A DNA stretch of 64,000 bases from Octopus vulgaris. Lineage: Eukaryota. A model generated the notes under the pieces. It was given only the letters and a program-made list of their open reading frames with translations. It was not told the origin of the DNA and ran no database searches. Below are positions 26,404 to 40,894 of the stretch, one piece after another. The position numbers and the translations under genes are program-made. Location: positions 156,674,001 to 156,738,000 of the forward strand of contig OX597815.1 in assembly GCA_951406725.2 (NCBI GenBank), in the 5' to 3' direction. The first letter of the stretch is position 1, and every line of letters starts with the position of its first letter.

Positions 26404-27099
26404 CAATGATTCCCAAAGTCGTGATTTAAGTCTTTGTCCCCATAGCTTTTAATTCTTTTATCGTTTGCTTTTCCTATCTCAATATTGTGGTAATTATTAA
26501 CGGTTGGGTGGGCTTTCTTCTTTGTTTATTTTATTTTTTAAAATTTTATCTTCTCCTTTTCCTACTTCGCTTCCCTTTCCATGCATAGTTGTAGAGGTAA
26601 ATGTTGTGAACTGGTTTCATCTTAAATGACCTTGATAAATTAGAAGACTGAGCTGACCACAAATCATTTCATTACCATTTACCAGTAGACAATAAAAATT
26701 TCCTTTATAAATGTCACAGACAAACGTAGGCACGACATCCTCTATTGTTGGAAGTGGGGATAATTGGGTCACTGAAGGCCGCTTATTCATTCTCCTTAAA
26801 AATACAGTAGTGACCTCAAAAACTCACTTTTGGTAAATTCATTCTGTCAACTGCAAAAAGCAGTAGAATGTTGGAATTTTTTAAAATTTTACACAATGTT
26901 AAATTACTATGTTAAATTATTTGGAATGTCTTTCATTATGAAGTATCCATCTGAAACAAATCCGGTGGGGCACTCTTCTGTAGACATGACATATACGTAA
27001 TATAACGACACACAATATCATGTGCGTCGTTGTGTGAATGTGTGTGCGTGTGTGCATGCGTGCGTGTGTGTTTGTGTTTGTACTGTATAACTAATAACC

Positions 27100-28620
27100 T
27101 CTATTACTTTATATTGCTATAATAAAAAAGAAGAGCTGAAGTTGAGGTTCATCCAAGTATAAAATCAATTGACTCGACAATCCGAAGATTTTACTTTGTG
27201 CACCAGAGTCACTATGAATGTTTCTTTTCGAGGCTGCTTCTTCATGAAATAAGAGGACCGACTTCTTTCTCCTTCCTAAGAATGATTGATGGTCAAACTG
27301 TTCGTACTTATAGGGAAGCCTGTTTAGCCTTAAATTTGTTGGAAGATGACAATCAGTGGGACAGAACAAAGGCTTGAGACATCAGTGCCACGCACACATA
27401 TCTCTTTGAGAAATCTTTCTTTGCGATTCTCACCCTGAATTGTGAAGTAAGTAATCAATTAGTTTTGTAGCATAGATATAAGAATTATTTATCAAAAGAC
27501 TACAAATATCAAGCACAATTAAGATTCTCAGAGAGGGAAATAGCTTTCAACGATACCATATATAATTCTGCATTGGTTGATATTAAAGATCGGGTGGTCT
27601 CAACGGGAGGTAAGGAACTCAGCAAGTTTGGCTTAACCGAAATTCATTGAAATGAGGGGAATAATTTGATCACAGAAGTTTTGCGAGAAACTTCAGATGC
27701 TATTGATTCATTATCAAGATTCCTTAAAGAAAATGACCCGAAACTTTTGCCAGACTAATAACTTGCATATACAACGATCATTGACCAAGTGGCACATAAG
27801 AAGGGAGGATTATATGTTTTAAATGTACCAGGTGGAACTGGAAAAAACTTTTGTTAGAAATTTAGTGCTAGCCAAATTCCAGCAGAAATAGGAAATAGCC
27901 TTAGCTGTAGCGAGCTCAGGAATTCCTGCAACTTTACTCTCAGGAGATCGAACAGCTCACCCAGTATTCAAGCTACCTTTCAATCTAACTTCAAATTATA
28001 AAACTCTGCAATATAAGTAAAAGTTGGTCTTTAGCTCAAATTCTCATGAAATGTTCTTTGATCACAATTTCAAATTTCACAAATGCTGTTTGGTTGTGTG
28101 AAAGAGCAATCATGGCACCAAAGAATGTTACGGCGAATAATTTAAACGAAAGACTCGAGAAACGGTTACCAGGAAACAAACATACTTACAAATCTATAGA
28201 CTCTGTTGTGGATGAATCAGAAATAGTCAGTTACCTGGTTGAGTTCTTAAACTCACTGTAGCCACCTGAAGCTTCTCCTCATTACCTTCCATTGAAAATA
28301 GGCATTTCAATCATGCTTCTGCGCAACCTTTCTCAACCAAAGCTGTGCAATATCACAAGCTTTGTCAAGGAATCAGTGAGAAATGTCATACAGGCCACAA
28401 TAATTTCTGGCTGTGAAGATGCTTTTATTTCTCGCTTACCTTTAATACCTTCCAATATGCCCTTCCAGTTGAAGTGACTTCAGTTTCCAATACATTTGTC
28501 TTTTGCGATGTCCATTAATATGTCCAAAGGTCAGACTTCGAAAGTCGCTAGCTTGCAATTAGAAGAGGAATGTTTCTCACACGATCAGTTATATGTGGGG
28601 AACAAGAACAATTTTTTTCA
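27100..28620 (+). mobile_element. Helitron Rep-Helicase (PIF1) remnant
   Basis: RLLLHEIRGPTSF, YREACLALNLLEDD.QW, Walker A VPGGTGK, AVASSGI.ATLL.G.RTAH..FKLP, WLCERAI.APKN, LLRNL..PKLCN, QFPI.LSFAMSIN.S.GQT; many stops. Confidence 0.92.
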
Positions 28621-29076
28621 TTTTTACTCGTACTGGTAAAACCCGAAGCATTCTCTATAAGGAATTTTTTACCATATGATCAGCAAATTAAAATTTGCAG
28701 AATGATTAATAATTTTGAATGGATATTGTCAACGTCACGTTATATTCGTCTAAGAAAAACTATTAGTATTTTTGTTTGTTGTAAATGATAGTAAATATGT
28801 TTTTAATTTTCCCCGAATATTTATTTACTTATCTTGTGTACTATACATAAGCTAAAGTCTGTGCGATATTTGCTTAATTCATAGACTGAAATACTATAGA
28901 TCATAGATCAGAAGTTTATATGTACTCATGATGGCCAGAGGAAAACAGCTCTATCGTCGACATGAAAGTTAACAATCATCACTTATGGTCAATACAATCT
29001 AAGCAAATAAATTTAATATTCATACTACAAATTTGGCAGCTTCTTTCAAGTCAGTCCATGACGGTTGTTTCTGTTA

Positions 29077-29117
<41 letters not shown>

Positions 29118-29369
29118 CATACATACATATATATATACATGCATACATACATATATATATATATAAAGGGGTTTGTATGATTGTATATAGAGGGATATAT
29201 ATTATTCAAAAGAATTCCAACTCTGTTTTTTATGTTTTATTTATATTCTTTATAATATTAATGTAGGATATAGAATATATAGTATAAATAGCATATATAG
29301 TAAAATGAAATGAAGTATTGATTGTCTTATTCAATATATGAAATATTGAATATTTAATATATATATATA

Positions 29370-29570
29370 TAGTTAATCCAAGCATGAAAACACATCAACG
29401 CGTGGACGTGGAACAAGTATAGTGTTATTGGACGCTCAGGAAAGAAGGAAAGAAGGAGGGTTTAACGTTTCGAGCGGAGCTTTTCGTCAGGAAAATAGGA
29501 AAAGGAAAGATCCAAAGAAGGGAAGACGGAGGAAAAAAAATCGCCAACGGTACTCACGCGGTCACTTGAT
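29370..29570 (-). mobile_element. PLE-like terminal repeat fragment with hammerhead-like motif (29461-29494), between (TA)n tracts
   Basis: CUGACGA-A-(a)AGC-UCC-GCUC-GAAA-CG-UUA on the minus strand. Confidence 0.6.
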
Positions 29571-29594
29571 ATATATATATATGTGTCTGTATAC

Positions 29595-29626
<32 letters not shown>

Positions 29627-30204
29627 AAGGGAAGAAAAAGAAGGAAGATACTGTGATCTTTCTTTTTTTCTTCACAATGTATAGAACCAAAATGTCTTCA
29701 TTCGACAAAATTGCGAGAAATATTAAATGAAGTGGCTATATTTCGCATAAAATTCCATATGACAGCCAGCAATTTACAGTAATAACTATTTAGAAATGCA
29801 ATTTTCTTATATCGATCATAGATTTTATTTCCATTCCTAGAAATTATGAAAAATAGTAAATTACCTTGTTTTCAAGGATGAATTCATGAATAAATGCTGT
29901 TTAGATTTAATGCTTCAAACAATGTAATGGGGAACAAACTTGGCGAAAACAAACCAGTTTTCTAAGTAAACAACTAGATTTAATTGACACAGAATATGTA
30001 ACCCAGTATTCGGGGGTGATTCAATTAAATAAGAGACGATCTAGAAGAAAGAAGCAGTTACAAAAACAAACTATATAGTTGATCCATACATGTTTTCGAA
30101 ATATTGTTTATGATATCCTTTAAGAATTTACTGCTCTATTCAAATGGCGATACTCGGAGTGCTTGTAAGATTTATATAATATAATGCAAAAGAAAGATGG
30201 AAGC

Positions 30205-30356
30205 ACTTGTAGGGTTAAACAACTCACTCTGCAACAACGTGGTTTCGGGTTCGGTCACACTGTGCAGTACCTGGGGCAACAATCTTCTATTGTAGATCCG
30301 GATCGGCTAATGCCCTGCGAGAGAATTTGTTACACGTAAACTGTCGTGTGTGTGTG

Positions 30357-30390
<34 letters not shown>

Positions 30391-30602
30391 CGTGTGGTGT
30401 GTGTATGTCCTGTAAACGTTTGATAACAGGTGTTGGATTATTTACGTCCTAGTAACTTGGCGGTTCATTAAAAGAGCTCGGGATAATACACATAGCAGAC
30501 TCAAAAATAGGCTCTGAAGTCCACTTGTTCTATTAAGCCCTTGAAGGAGGTGTCCCAACACGACCGCAGTCCAACGACTGAAACAAGTAAAACTTAAAAG
30601 AT
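30205..30602 (+). mobile_element. SINE family C with internal (TG)n
   Basis: GGTTTCGGGTTCGGTC head; tail GACTGAAACAAGTAAAA. Confidence 0.7.
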
Positions 30603-31434
30603 CGAAGAAAGTATTGACTAGATGATCACTAATTGAGAGAAAATTGATAAAAGCGTGGCGGAGGTTCCATATTATATTTTAATAGCAAGTTTTTATATTT
30701 CCCTTTGAAAGGAAGTCATAAGGGAAAAAAATTCCTGAAATGGAAAAATCCTCAAAGAAAAATACGAAAGAAACTCAAAAAACAATATAGAGAAATATTC
30801 TAAGGTAAGAATAAAAATAATTCTCTCCCAGCATTGTGCAGCATTAGATTCCATACTCATTTAGGGAGTAAAACAAGAAAAGAAAAAAATCATTTGCATT
30901 GATATAGTTGAGAATAAGATGGTAATTTTATGAAATGAGAATATAATTGAAGCAAAGATTGGGTTGAGAAAATGCCTTGGTTTGCAGCGCCACAAGATAG
31001 CAGAAGTGATTATTTAGAAGCTACACATAATTATATTAGATAGTCTTACATATAATGATCACTATGAAAAGAAGCAGTAATACACCATAATAAACGATAT
31101 TATGCTGTATATATCCCCTCTTTGAAGAAGTCGTTCGTTTAGAAGAAATCATGATGCTAAATAATGATGCTATCATTGGTGAAGTGGTTGATTACAGGAA
31201 GTCTTGCAACGTCTCAACACATTGTTTAAGAATATTTGAGTAGAATATTTCCTATAATAAGATATCAGCCCTGGGAAAACAGCGCCGTTTCATTGTCTGA
31301 TGCTAAGCCACACGATATCAATTACAACGTCAATAAGCTTCGAAAAGTTATGGACAGTACAACTTTACTTTCTCTTCTACTAAATATATGTGTGTCAAAG
31401 TAAAATGTATATTAATAAATATTTGTTAAATATT

Positions 31435-31660
31435 TGTTTCGAATTGCGACTCAAGAATTGCGACTTCATTGGAAGGGATTTGTCGATTATTACCCAAGTG
31501 TTTGAGTGGTCCTTTATTTCATGAACCTCGGAAGGATGATCAACAAAATGTATCGAACCAAAAAGGCTGAACAGCGAGATTGAATTTATAATATACAAAG
31601 CGGGCAAATAAGGCCGCTAAGCATTTTGTCCGACGTGCTGACGATCCTACCGTCTGACCA
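31435..31660 (-). mobile_element. SINE family A, degraded
   Basis: Diverged core and head. Confidence 0.55.
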
Positions 31661-31940
31661 ATTTACATTTAATTCAACAGCCGTATTGTGAATAGATTTT
31701 GTCGTTAAATGCCCTAATATTTGTTCAGTAAAACGTATTTGTTCAATAAAACGTTGCAGGAATGAAATTTTGAAATAGCTTTACAGATTGATGTTGCTTA
31801 TCTTTTATGAATTCATCCGTTTTAAATAATGCACTACACTTCCATTTGACATAAATCTTCATTCATAAAACTGAATAGCCACATTCATGGACACTTTTAA
31901 CTGAAGATTTCTTCATAACACTCTTCTACGTAAAATTAAT

Positions 31941-32273
31941 TAAAGACTTAAAGACTCCGCCGGTTACGACGACGAGGGTCCCAGCTGATACGATCAACGG
32001 AACAGCTTGCTCGTTAAATTAACGTGCAAATGGCTGAGCATTCCACAGACACGTGTACCCTTAACGTAGTTCTCGGGGATAATCAGCGTGACACAGAGAG
32101 TGACAAGGCTGACCCTTTGAAATACAAGTACAACTCATTTTTGCCAGCTGAGTGGACTGGAGCAACGTGAAATAAAGTGTCTTGCTCAAGGACACAACGC
32201 GTCGCCGGGAATCGAACTCACAACCTTACGATCATGAGCCGAATGCCCTAACCACTAAGCCACGCGCCCTCAC
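31941..32273 (-). mobile_element. Young SINE family B copy with 12-bp TSD
   Basis: TSD CGTAAAATTAAT at 31929-31940 and 32274-32285; intact A and B boxes; short tandem (AGTCTTTA) tail. Confidence 0.92.
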
Positions 32274-32562
32274 CGTAAAATTAATATGAAGTAAATAAAT
32301 GTATTTATTAAAGACGAGTCATAAAGTCATCCTGCTTACTCTGATTGAATCTTAACAAGATATTGTTTCACACTTCAGAATATGAATATATAACTCACAT
32401 ATATATTTATATGCATACATGCGTTTGCCTTTCTCCTGGTCTACATAGACTAGCGATTGTTATTGTAAGCACTTCGATTGTATTCAGAAATTCACCTTTC
32501 ACGATTTAAAGAGCATACAACATGAATAACTCACACAAGGTAACTCCGTTTAGACATATGAT

Positions 32563-32733
32563 ATTGATTTTTAATTTTGGCACATGGCCAGCAAGTTCCG
32601 GGGAGGGGGTAAGTCGATTATACTGATCCCCATTGCTCAACTGGTACTCATTTTATCAACTCTGAAACGATGAAAGGCAAAGTCTACCTTTGCGGAATTT
32701 GAACACAGAACATAAAGATGGAGGAAATGCCGT
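32563..32733 (-). mobile_element. SINE family A, 5'-truncated
   Basis: Core GATGAAAGGCAAAGTCTACCT matches other copies. Confidence 0.7.
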
Positions 32734-35001
32734 ATAATATCAACTAAATAACCACAAATAAAACTTACTCTTCTCTTCAAATTTACTTAGGGGTATCTAG
32801 CTTCAATAAATGGGCTCGTTTGCTTTTGTTGTTTAGCTCTAAGTCAGCACTAGCTGAATATACCTAAGATCAAAGGACCTGTGATGAAAGCCGTGATCAT
32901 CCGTCTTCTTTCTTAGTTCAGCTTATACCATTAAGGACTTAATACTATCATGCTATCTTAAGACTACCTAATACTATTATACCTAAAACAATGTTGGTAC
33001 ATATATAAACCTTTCAGACTGTATAAAAAAGGGTGGGACAAAATGATTATTGGCCATAAATCACTAACCGAGCACGGTACAATGTTTCGCTCTCAAACAC
33101 ACTATCATCCCCATATTCACTTACTTGCCTACTTCCCTGGTAACTGTTCTTCTGAAGTAGTTATTTGCCTATTATCTCAAATCAGGCCCACTCAAACGTC
33201 TTCGCCTCCACCCAACTAGCCACCCCGTCACTCGCAGAGTATCTCCACTTCTAAACATTCAAGGAGATATTTAACCAACTCAACAAAACTATAATCCAAA
33301 AGAATTCTCTCCAAACACGTTTACTTTCTAACACTCAGATACAGGATGTGAGATGTTTTAGCAAACCTGATTTGGCATCACTTACTGGGCGTCGCTGATT
33401 CGATGCTGACATATTTGACATCAGACTTTATAATGTTTCTCTTGTTGTCTCCCTCTCTTTGTTTATGTGTGTGACTATATTTCTCCACGTGTATGAAAAG
33501 AGAGAAAGTTCAAGATCATCGTGCTGAATTAATAAATTATAATGTATGTCACTCTCTATATGTGAATATTCCTGTGCGTGTGATCCTCCAGCACCAAAAA
33601 CCACTATCGCCAAAATTGTATTTATTTCCATCTAGCTATACCAAATCGTTACATTCAGTGAGATATAGATATTTAAGCTGAGTATTTCTCGATGCATCGA
33701 TCACTCCAAACTTGAAAGGTTTGCAAATATCATAGTTGTTGCTTCTCATCCCCTAAATAACTTATAAAATGAAATGCATGACCTAACTAATGATTTTGTA
33801 GACCACACGTATTTGAAGGCATTAAATTGCTTAAATCACAAATCAAAGGTTGCATTCGACACAAGGCGAGCATCCTGCATTGAAGCAAATTTGGTGGCAA
33901 CAAAAGTATGCAATTTCCATTTAAGGAAATTTCTTAATGAAAATAAAAAATAAAACAACTCAAGACTGAAGTTACCTGTTTCTAACGTAAAATTCAGTAT
34001 GGATAATATTCGCTTTTGTAAATCTATCGTAAATTATTTAGTAACAGCATGCAAATTTCCAATTCTTAATTAACTGCCTTGCTGCCATGACAAGATTTTC
34101 TCATAATTGGAATTTACAAATACAATATGCACAATTTAAAGCTATAAAAAATATGAGAAAAATGTGACGCGAAAAAATATTGTCGATAATTTTTGAACTA
34201 ATAGCTGATATGATATTCGAAAATAAAAATAAAAAAGATTCTTTACAAAATAAGTGATAATATATCAGTTGAAAGGGCGATCATTTGACTAGGTGCCATG
34301 TCGTATTTGCTATATTTATAATGGATTGATTCGGAAGCAGCTTATGTATTTACTTTGTCCTTCGTTTTGTGAAAAATTATGTAGTTTGTTATGGGTTTCC
34401 AACAGCCAACCTGCATTTACATTGGCAACAATGAGAAGAGTATACTTGTGCAAATCAAGCGGAATAAATGCCAGAAAGGTATTTTTGTTCGAAAGCACCG
34501 GTTTATTCATCTCTTTGCAATGCTTTCGTGTTTAATCGATATCACTGAAAGATAAACATAACAAATACAGACATACTCGAGTATGTAGAAGTGAATTGTA
34601 CAATATATCTTATTGACCAAAAAGAGGTAATAAGATAATGAGCAACTTTTATATGCATATGCAACAGTAAAATTGCGGCCAACTAGTGACAATTATAGTA
34701 TGGACCATTTATTCCAGAATTTAGCTGGGGTATTTAGATTGAGTTTATGTAAAAGAGATGTCAGAGAATAGTAGGCGCTAAGAAGAAACTGAGAGAAAAA
34801 TAGATATATACACAAAATGCAAGCGAAGGATAGATTAATTTAACAGAGGGAGCATAATAAAGTGAGAGAGAAGAGGAGAGAGAGGTAGAAAGAGGGAAAA
34901 GCAAAGCTACAAATAAGATAAAATAATTGCGTATGAAATCCAAAATAATTCTACAGTTAGATACAGAGCAATACAAAACAGCAGGAAAAGACAGACAGAC
35001 A

Positions 35002-35080
<79 letters not shown>

Positions 35081-35834
35081 GAAACAGAAACAGAATGATG
35101 GGGGCTATTCATAACCGAGAGAGCGAAAAACAGGGAGAGCAAGAATAAACTATACAGACAACGAAAAAGATAGAACATAGAATATATGAAATTAGAGGTA
35201 GAATGAAAGGAAAGACAGAAAGAATGCATAGATATTCTAGTTTCTCTTTCTCTCATCATTTGACAACGAAGAAAATATCAAAGAAGCTATACAAATATCG
35301 ACAAATCTCTAGAAATGCAAGCTTGTTTCTTATTCTAACGTTGCTGTATTCCTGGAATAAAAATCAATAAAGCATATCAAGAAGCAAATAAAGATAATTA
35401 AAGATAGAAAAAATGTAAGAAGAATTGTTAAACAGGTGTTTTGCTTGCTGATTCTGTTATTTTCTTTCCTATTTGCTATTCTTTAAAAACCAACGTTTAA
35501 TAAACGATTAAGATTTAATGTTAACCTTTTCAAGCACAAGTAGACCAAAAGTTAAGTTCCACGCAAACTGAAATCGCAACCTAGCCAAATGCATGTCATT
35601 TATATTAGAGTATGTTCTAGAAAATACGTACTTCACATAATATCAACTCACTCTTTATGATACGTATTCTATTGACACCGTAAGGCGAAATCGACATGGA
35701 TTCGATTTAAAGAAAATTCTGTGTTCAAGTACCTTCAACAGTAGATACATAGAAACGTAAAAAAGAAGCAGGGGTATGAAAAGATAGTAGAGTTTGCACT
35801 TATCTTGGCGGAATGAAAAATACTAATCGAATAA

Positions 35835-36063
35835 TTCTTTACTCTCTCTTTTTTTTTACTCTTTTTACTTGTTTCAGTCATTTGATTGCGTCCATGCTGG
35901 AGCACCGCCTTTAATCGAGTAACTCGACCCCGGGACTTATTCTTTTTGTAAGCCCAGTACTTATTCTATCGGTCTCTTTTTGCCGAACCACTAAGTAACG
36001 GGGACATAAACACACCAGCATCGGTTGTCAAGCAATGCTAGGGGGACAAACACAGACACACAA

Positions 36064-36108
<45 letters not shown>

Positions 36109-36165
36109 TACGACAGGCTTCTTTCAGTTTCCGTCTACCAAATCCACTCACACGGATTTGGTCAA
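35835..36165 (-). mobile_element. SINE family C, well preserved
   Basis: Reverse complement of 1-135 and 7745-7965, with internal (CA)/(TA) tract. Confidence 0.85.
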
Positions 36166-36579
36166 TTGAGTACCAATAATTAACTATATCTTTTATCGAT
36201 AGCTGAGACCTTGCATCTGTAGTGCGAGTAACCAATATTTAAAAACCACAAAGCGGAAGAACATTTAATTCTAAGAATATAAATCAGAATATGCCTCGAA
36301 CGGACGATCTTGCAATCATTGCATGAAACATGAATAACGAAAACCCTCTTCCTTGTTGGTTGTTTTAAAAAACATGTGTTAATTATCATCACCATAGTAA
36401 CGTCGAACAAAATGCGCTGCATATCAACCCCAATCTCACTGAAATCATCTTTGCAATTCATCCTCCTTAACTCTCAATAAATGAAGGCAACAGTCAAGTA
36501 CTGCGCTAGTATCACTTCTTGTATCCCTTCCGCTAAAATAACAAATAATTTGCATTACCATTATCATGGTGTAATTTTC

Positions 36580-36797
36580 AAGGCTACAAGCCGGTAGAGA
36601 TGTTAGCGAAAAAAAAAAAGAATTTTTGCAGCATTCGTTTCGGTTTCTTACGTTTTGAGTTAAATTACGTCGTTATCGACTTTGCGGTACATCCTTCCGA
36701 TGTCGTAAATAACGCACCAGTGAAGTACTGGGATCAATGTCATCAACTACTTTCTCACTTCGAAACTACTGATCTTGTTCCTAAATCAGAAACCATC
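36580..36797 (+). mobile_element. SINE family A, degraded
   Basis: Diverged core ATCGACTTTGCGGTACATCCTTCCGATGTCG. Confidence 0.6.
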
Positions 36798-37010
36798 GTT
36801 ATGATGTATTCGCACAAAATTCATTGTAGTATATGTCCCTTTAATTCTAAGATCAAACCCCATTTTCGACTTTTTCCCGATAAATTTATTACAAGAAAAT
36901 TGTCGAGACTGATTAAATAGACTACAACCCACTATTTACCATCTATACAAAAACTTGTGGTAATGTTCCCCGTTAAATATCATTATCAAAACTATAACTC
37001 AGTATGCCTA

Positions 37011-37175
37011 ATTCTTCTTCTTCTTTTTTCTTTTTCTTCTTCTTCTTCTTCTTCTTCTTCTTCTTCTTCTTCTTCTTCTTCTACTTCCTCTCCTCCTCCT
37101 CTTCCTTCTTCTTCTTCTTCTTCTTCTTCTTCTTCTTCTTCTTCTTCTTCTTCTTCTTCTCATTATTATTATCAT
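37011..37175. repeat. (CTT)n microsatellite
   Basis: Direct reading. Confidence 0.95.
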
Positions 37176-37199
37176 TTTCATACACACGCAACAGATTAA

Positions 37200-37536
37200 A
37201 CTCTTGGAAAAGAAAAAAATCCTAACATCGGGCTACAAGTAACCTCCTAAGTATCCTAGTTGTCCCTAATAACACTGTTTCCTGGAGCTGTACCAAACTG
37301 GGTTTTATGCCTATTTCCTCTACCCATCTGTTCAAATCTATAGGGATAGTTGCCAACGCGCCTATAACTACTGCGATACATTTTTCCCGCACTGTAATTC
37401 AGTTGATAGGTCCTAGTACTTTACCATTTTTTCTATACCTCTTATATTGATTTTTGTCCATTATTTGGGACTGTAAAGTCAATTATCTGGCATGTTCTAT
37501 TCTCTTTGTCTGCTGCTGCTGCTGCTGCTGCTGCTG

Positions 37537-37584
<48 letters not shown>

Positions 37585-39170
37585 AATCAAGCCTTCTAGT
37601 TTCTATTACTCTGTCAGTTTGATTGTTAAAGGCCCACATCATCTTGTATTTCTTACTTTCTAATACTTTATTAGGTTCATGTTCATACCATTTATCAGCA
37701 TGCTCAAATCCTAGCTTTCTACATAAATTCCAGTGGATTGCTCTCCTTACATTGTGCTGTCTTTTCTTGCATTCTTTCTGTGCGGCATGCTATATTCACT
37801 TATTATATGAGTAACGCTTTCCTCTTTTGATTTGCATAACTTGCATTGGAATCCACTTGGTTTTTGTCTATCTTGGCTTTTATCCAATTTTTCCTTAATA
37901 CTTGAACTTCTGCTGCTACTAACAAACTCTGTCTCCCTTTTCAGATTTACTTTCAGCAACCATAACATTGACTCAGTACTACTATTTGCTGCAACAATCT
38001 TTGGGAATCTACTATGCAACGCCTTCTCTTGCCAGTCAGATAATATCTGTTCATTTTTCTGGGTTTTAACTTCGCTTAGGTTTTTAGTTTCACTATGTCT
38101 TGCTGTGATTCTAGCAGCTCTTAATAAACTTTCTCCACTATTACTTACGTAGTTTATATCTACTCAAGGTAACACCACGCAGTCGTCTACTGACATTAAC
38201 TCTCTTCCGTCTTCCTTTCTAGGTAAGTATACTCCTACTACTCCTGCCCTTGAGAGTAGTTCTCCATTCATATTGAATTCATATTGAATTAGTTCTTCTG
38301 TCCAGCTTTGCTAGTTCAGTTTTTATCCAATCTACAAAAGCTACTGAGTATCGAAGTAATGATACTGATCAAGTTATTTACAGCCTCCACTAGATTCGGG
38401 CTATTTAGCTTTGACTTCATTAGCTCCCTCACCCTTCTGATGTACTCCTCAATTTTTGTTTTCATTACTACAGTTAGTACTTTGTCTAATTCTGATACTT
38501 CTAGATACTTATAACTCTCTCCTCCTTTCAATGATTTTGATGCCTAGACATTTGGTAACAGGATGCCTTCGCTGTTAAGTACCTGTCTCCTTCTCATGAC
38601 TAATTTTGTACATTTATCTATGCCAAATTCCATGTATATATCTTTGCTGAAGAGTCTTACAGTCTGTATAAAGGAATCTGTCTCTTTTCCATTCTAACTA
38701 AAAAGCTTCAGATCATCCATGTAGAGCAAATGATTAGTTTTTCCCTTATTATTTCTGAACTGACACCCTGCCTTTTCTTTCTGTAATACTAAACTGAGGG
38801 GGATCAAACATAGACCAAATATTAAAGGGGACAACGAGTCCCCCTGGAAAATTCCTCTTTTGATAATAACTTTCCCTAAGAGTGTGTCAACAGAATAGAG
38901 ATCTAATTTTCATTTCTTCTTGCTAAATCTGATTAATTCTCTTATGTTTATCTGCTATACTGAACATACTCAGACATTCATTTACCAATGACTGTGAGAC
39001 TATGTCATACGCTTTCCTATAATCTATCCATCCTATTGTTTGAATTTTCTTTCTAGCTGTTACTTCACTTAGAACTGCTTTGTCTCTGTATAATAAATCA
39101 TGCGTTCCTCTCAACTTCTTCCTTTAACCTTTCTGTTCTTCTGGCAGTAAATTCTGGTTGTCAAGTTGCC
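37200..39170 (-). mobile_element. 5'-truncated R4/Dong-like LINE (RT plus CCHC plus RLE endonuclease), pseudogenised
   Basis: WIDYRKAYD, KRGIFQGDSLSPL, HLLYMDDLKL, YKYL, C.LC....ESVTHIISE, QTDRVIETRR.DL..DK...C.IIDF.VP. Confidence 0.9.
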
Positions 39171-39223
39171 CGTAAATGCTTTCTAAAAGTATTCCTGTTG
39201 ACAGTTTCGACAATAAGGGTGAT

Positions 39224-39426
<203 letters not shown>

Positions 39427-39738
39427 TATTTTAAAAGGATTGACGTAACTTTTCTCAAAGGTAAAACAAACAAAACGAAAAGCGCGATGCGATTGTAATA
39501 AACCTTTTATTGGTGTAACGATATTTCGAGAGCAAGCCTGTCTTTTTCGAGTTCAAAATAAAACTAATAAATATTCAAAAGAATAGAAATTCAAATCAAA
39601 AATATGAACGAAGCCAACCAGCGTCCACACATTGTTGGAATGACATCATCAGTTTTTAAGTTACAATTTTACAACAGGCGAAAAGAAAAAGATAGAAAAG
39701 AAGGAGGGAAGAAAAAAGAAAAAGAAAAAGAAGATTAT

Positions 39739-40110
39739 TTAATCAAACAATTTTGTGTAAATTTCATGATATTCTCCTGTCATTTTATTCATTCCTCCAG
39801 GGCGTGATGTTAATAACCCGCTAAAATATTTCTCCTCATGCATTTTGAGAAGTGAAATTGAAGCAGATTCAGAATATTTTCTGAGAATATTCACTTTAAA
39901 ATCCTTTTCAAAATTGCAGCCATTCGAAGCAGAATGTTCAGTAAGTTCTGTCGAACTACTATTATTGTGCCTGACGTCATATTTGTGCCCATTAAAACGT
40001 TTGTTTAATTGTTCAGTTGTACAACCAACACAAACTAAGTTGTGTCTCGTACACTCAGCCGCGTACACCAAATGGAGATCTCTACATGTCCCACCTTCTG
40101 TATAAATCAT
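39739..40110 (-). pseudogene. PLE GIY-YIG endonuclease domain (upstream part continues at 40372-40440, beyond a SINE insertion)
   Basis: TC....VY...C....L.VG.T...L.KRF.GH...EH.......E......P.GMN pattern typical of Penelope endonucleases. Confidence 0.85.
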
Positions 40111-40119
40111 AACATTTCT

Positions 40120-40352
40120 TATTTCTTTATTGCCTACAAAGGACTAAACATAGAGAAGACAAACAATGACATACAAAGAGATTAAGTCGATTACAACGAC
40201 CCCAGTGCGTAACTGGTACTTAATTTATCGACCCCGAAAGAATGAAAGGCAAAGTCGATCTAGACAGAATTTGAACTCAGAACGTAACGGCAGACGCAAG
40301 CCCGTTAAGCATTTCGCTCGGTGTGTTAAAGTTTCTGCCAGCTCGCCGCTTT
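40120..40352 (-). mobile_element. SINE family A inserted in the PLE, perfect 19-bp TSD
   Basis: TATAAATCATAACATTTCT at 40101-40119 and 40353-40371. Confidence 0.93.
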
Positions 40353-40894
40353 TATAAATCATAACATTTCTGTTATGATTCCTGATGGAATTCGTTTGAC
40401 TTATGTTGTTGCACAATGATCAGGGCTTACTTCTCTTTCGGATAAAACGGATTTGTACTGACATAGGGGATTACTGGAAATAGCAACTGAAATAGCTAAG
40501 ATTAGCAAAGACAGTCAAACCGTTGCGCATAATTTTAGCAAACACTACAATATATGACAGAATTCCATTAGTGATTAACTGACACAGAAATTTCATTGGC
40601 ATTTCAAAAGAGTTGCATGAAAATTACCAGCATGTGGCGGGCAAAATATCCTCGTTTGAAACAGATATTTCCTCAGCCGCCTGTTGTAGACGGAATAAGA
40701 ATATAAGAGAATTATTGACCTCTGTTTCTGACTCCAAGAAAACTAACATTGGAGTAACTGCACGCTGTACCTTGAAAAATAGCTGCAACGGTGGTAAACC
40801 CTGTTCATTGTACAGCAACATGAGTCAAAGGAATTCCACCCTTCATACTTGAGATTTGAATATCTATGATTTTGAATTTTTATCACATTTTATT

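Noticed and set aside
33060-33430. Possible PLE 3' remnant
   Set aside because: Only a vague compositional resemblance; no convincing protein or ribozyme motif
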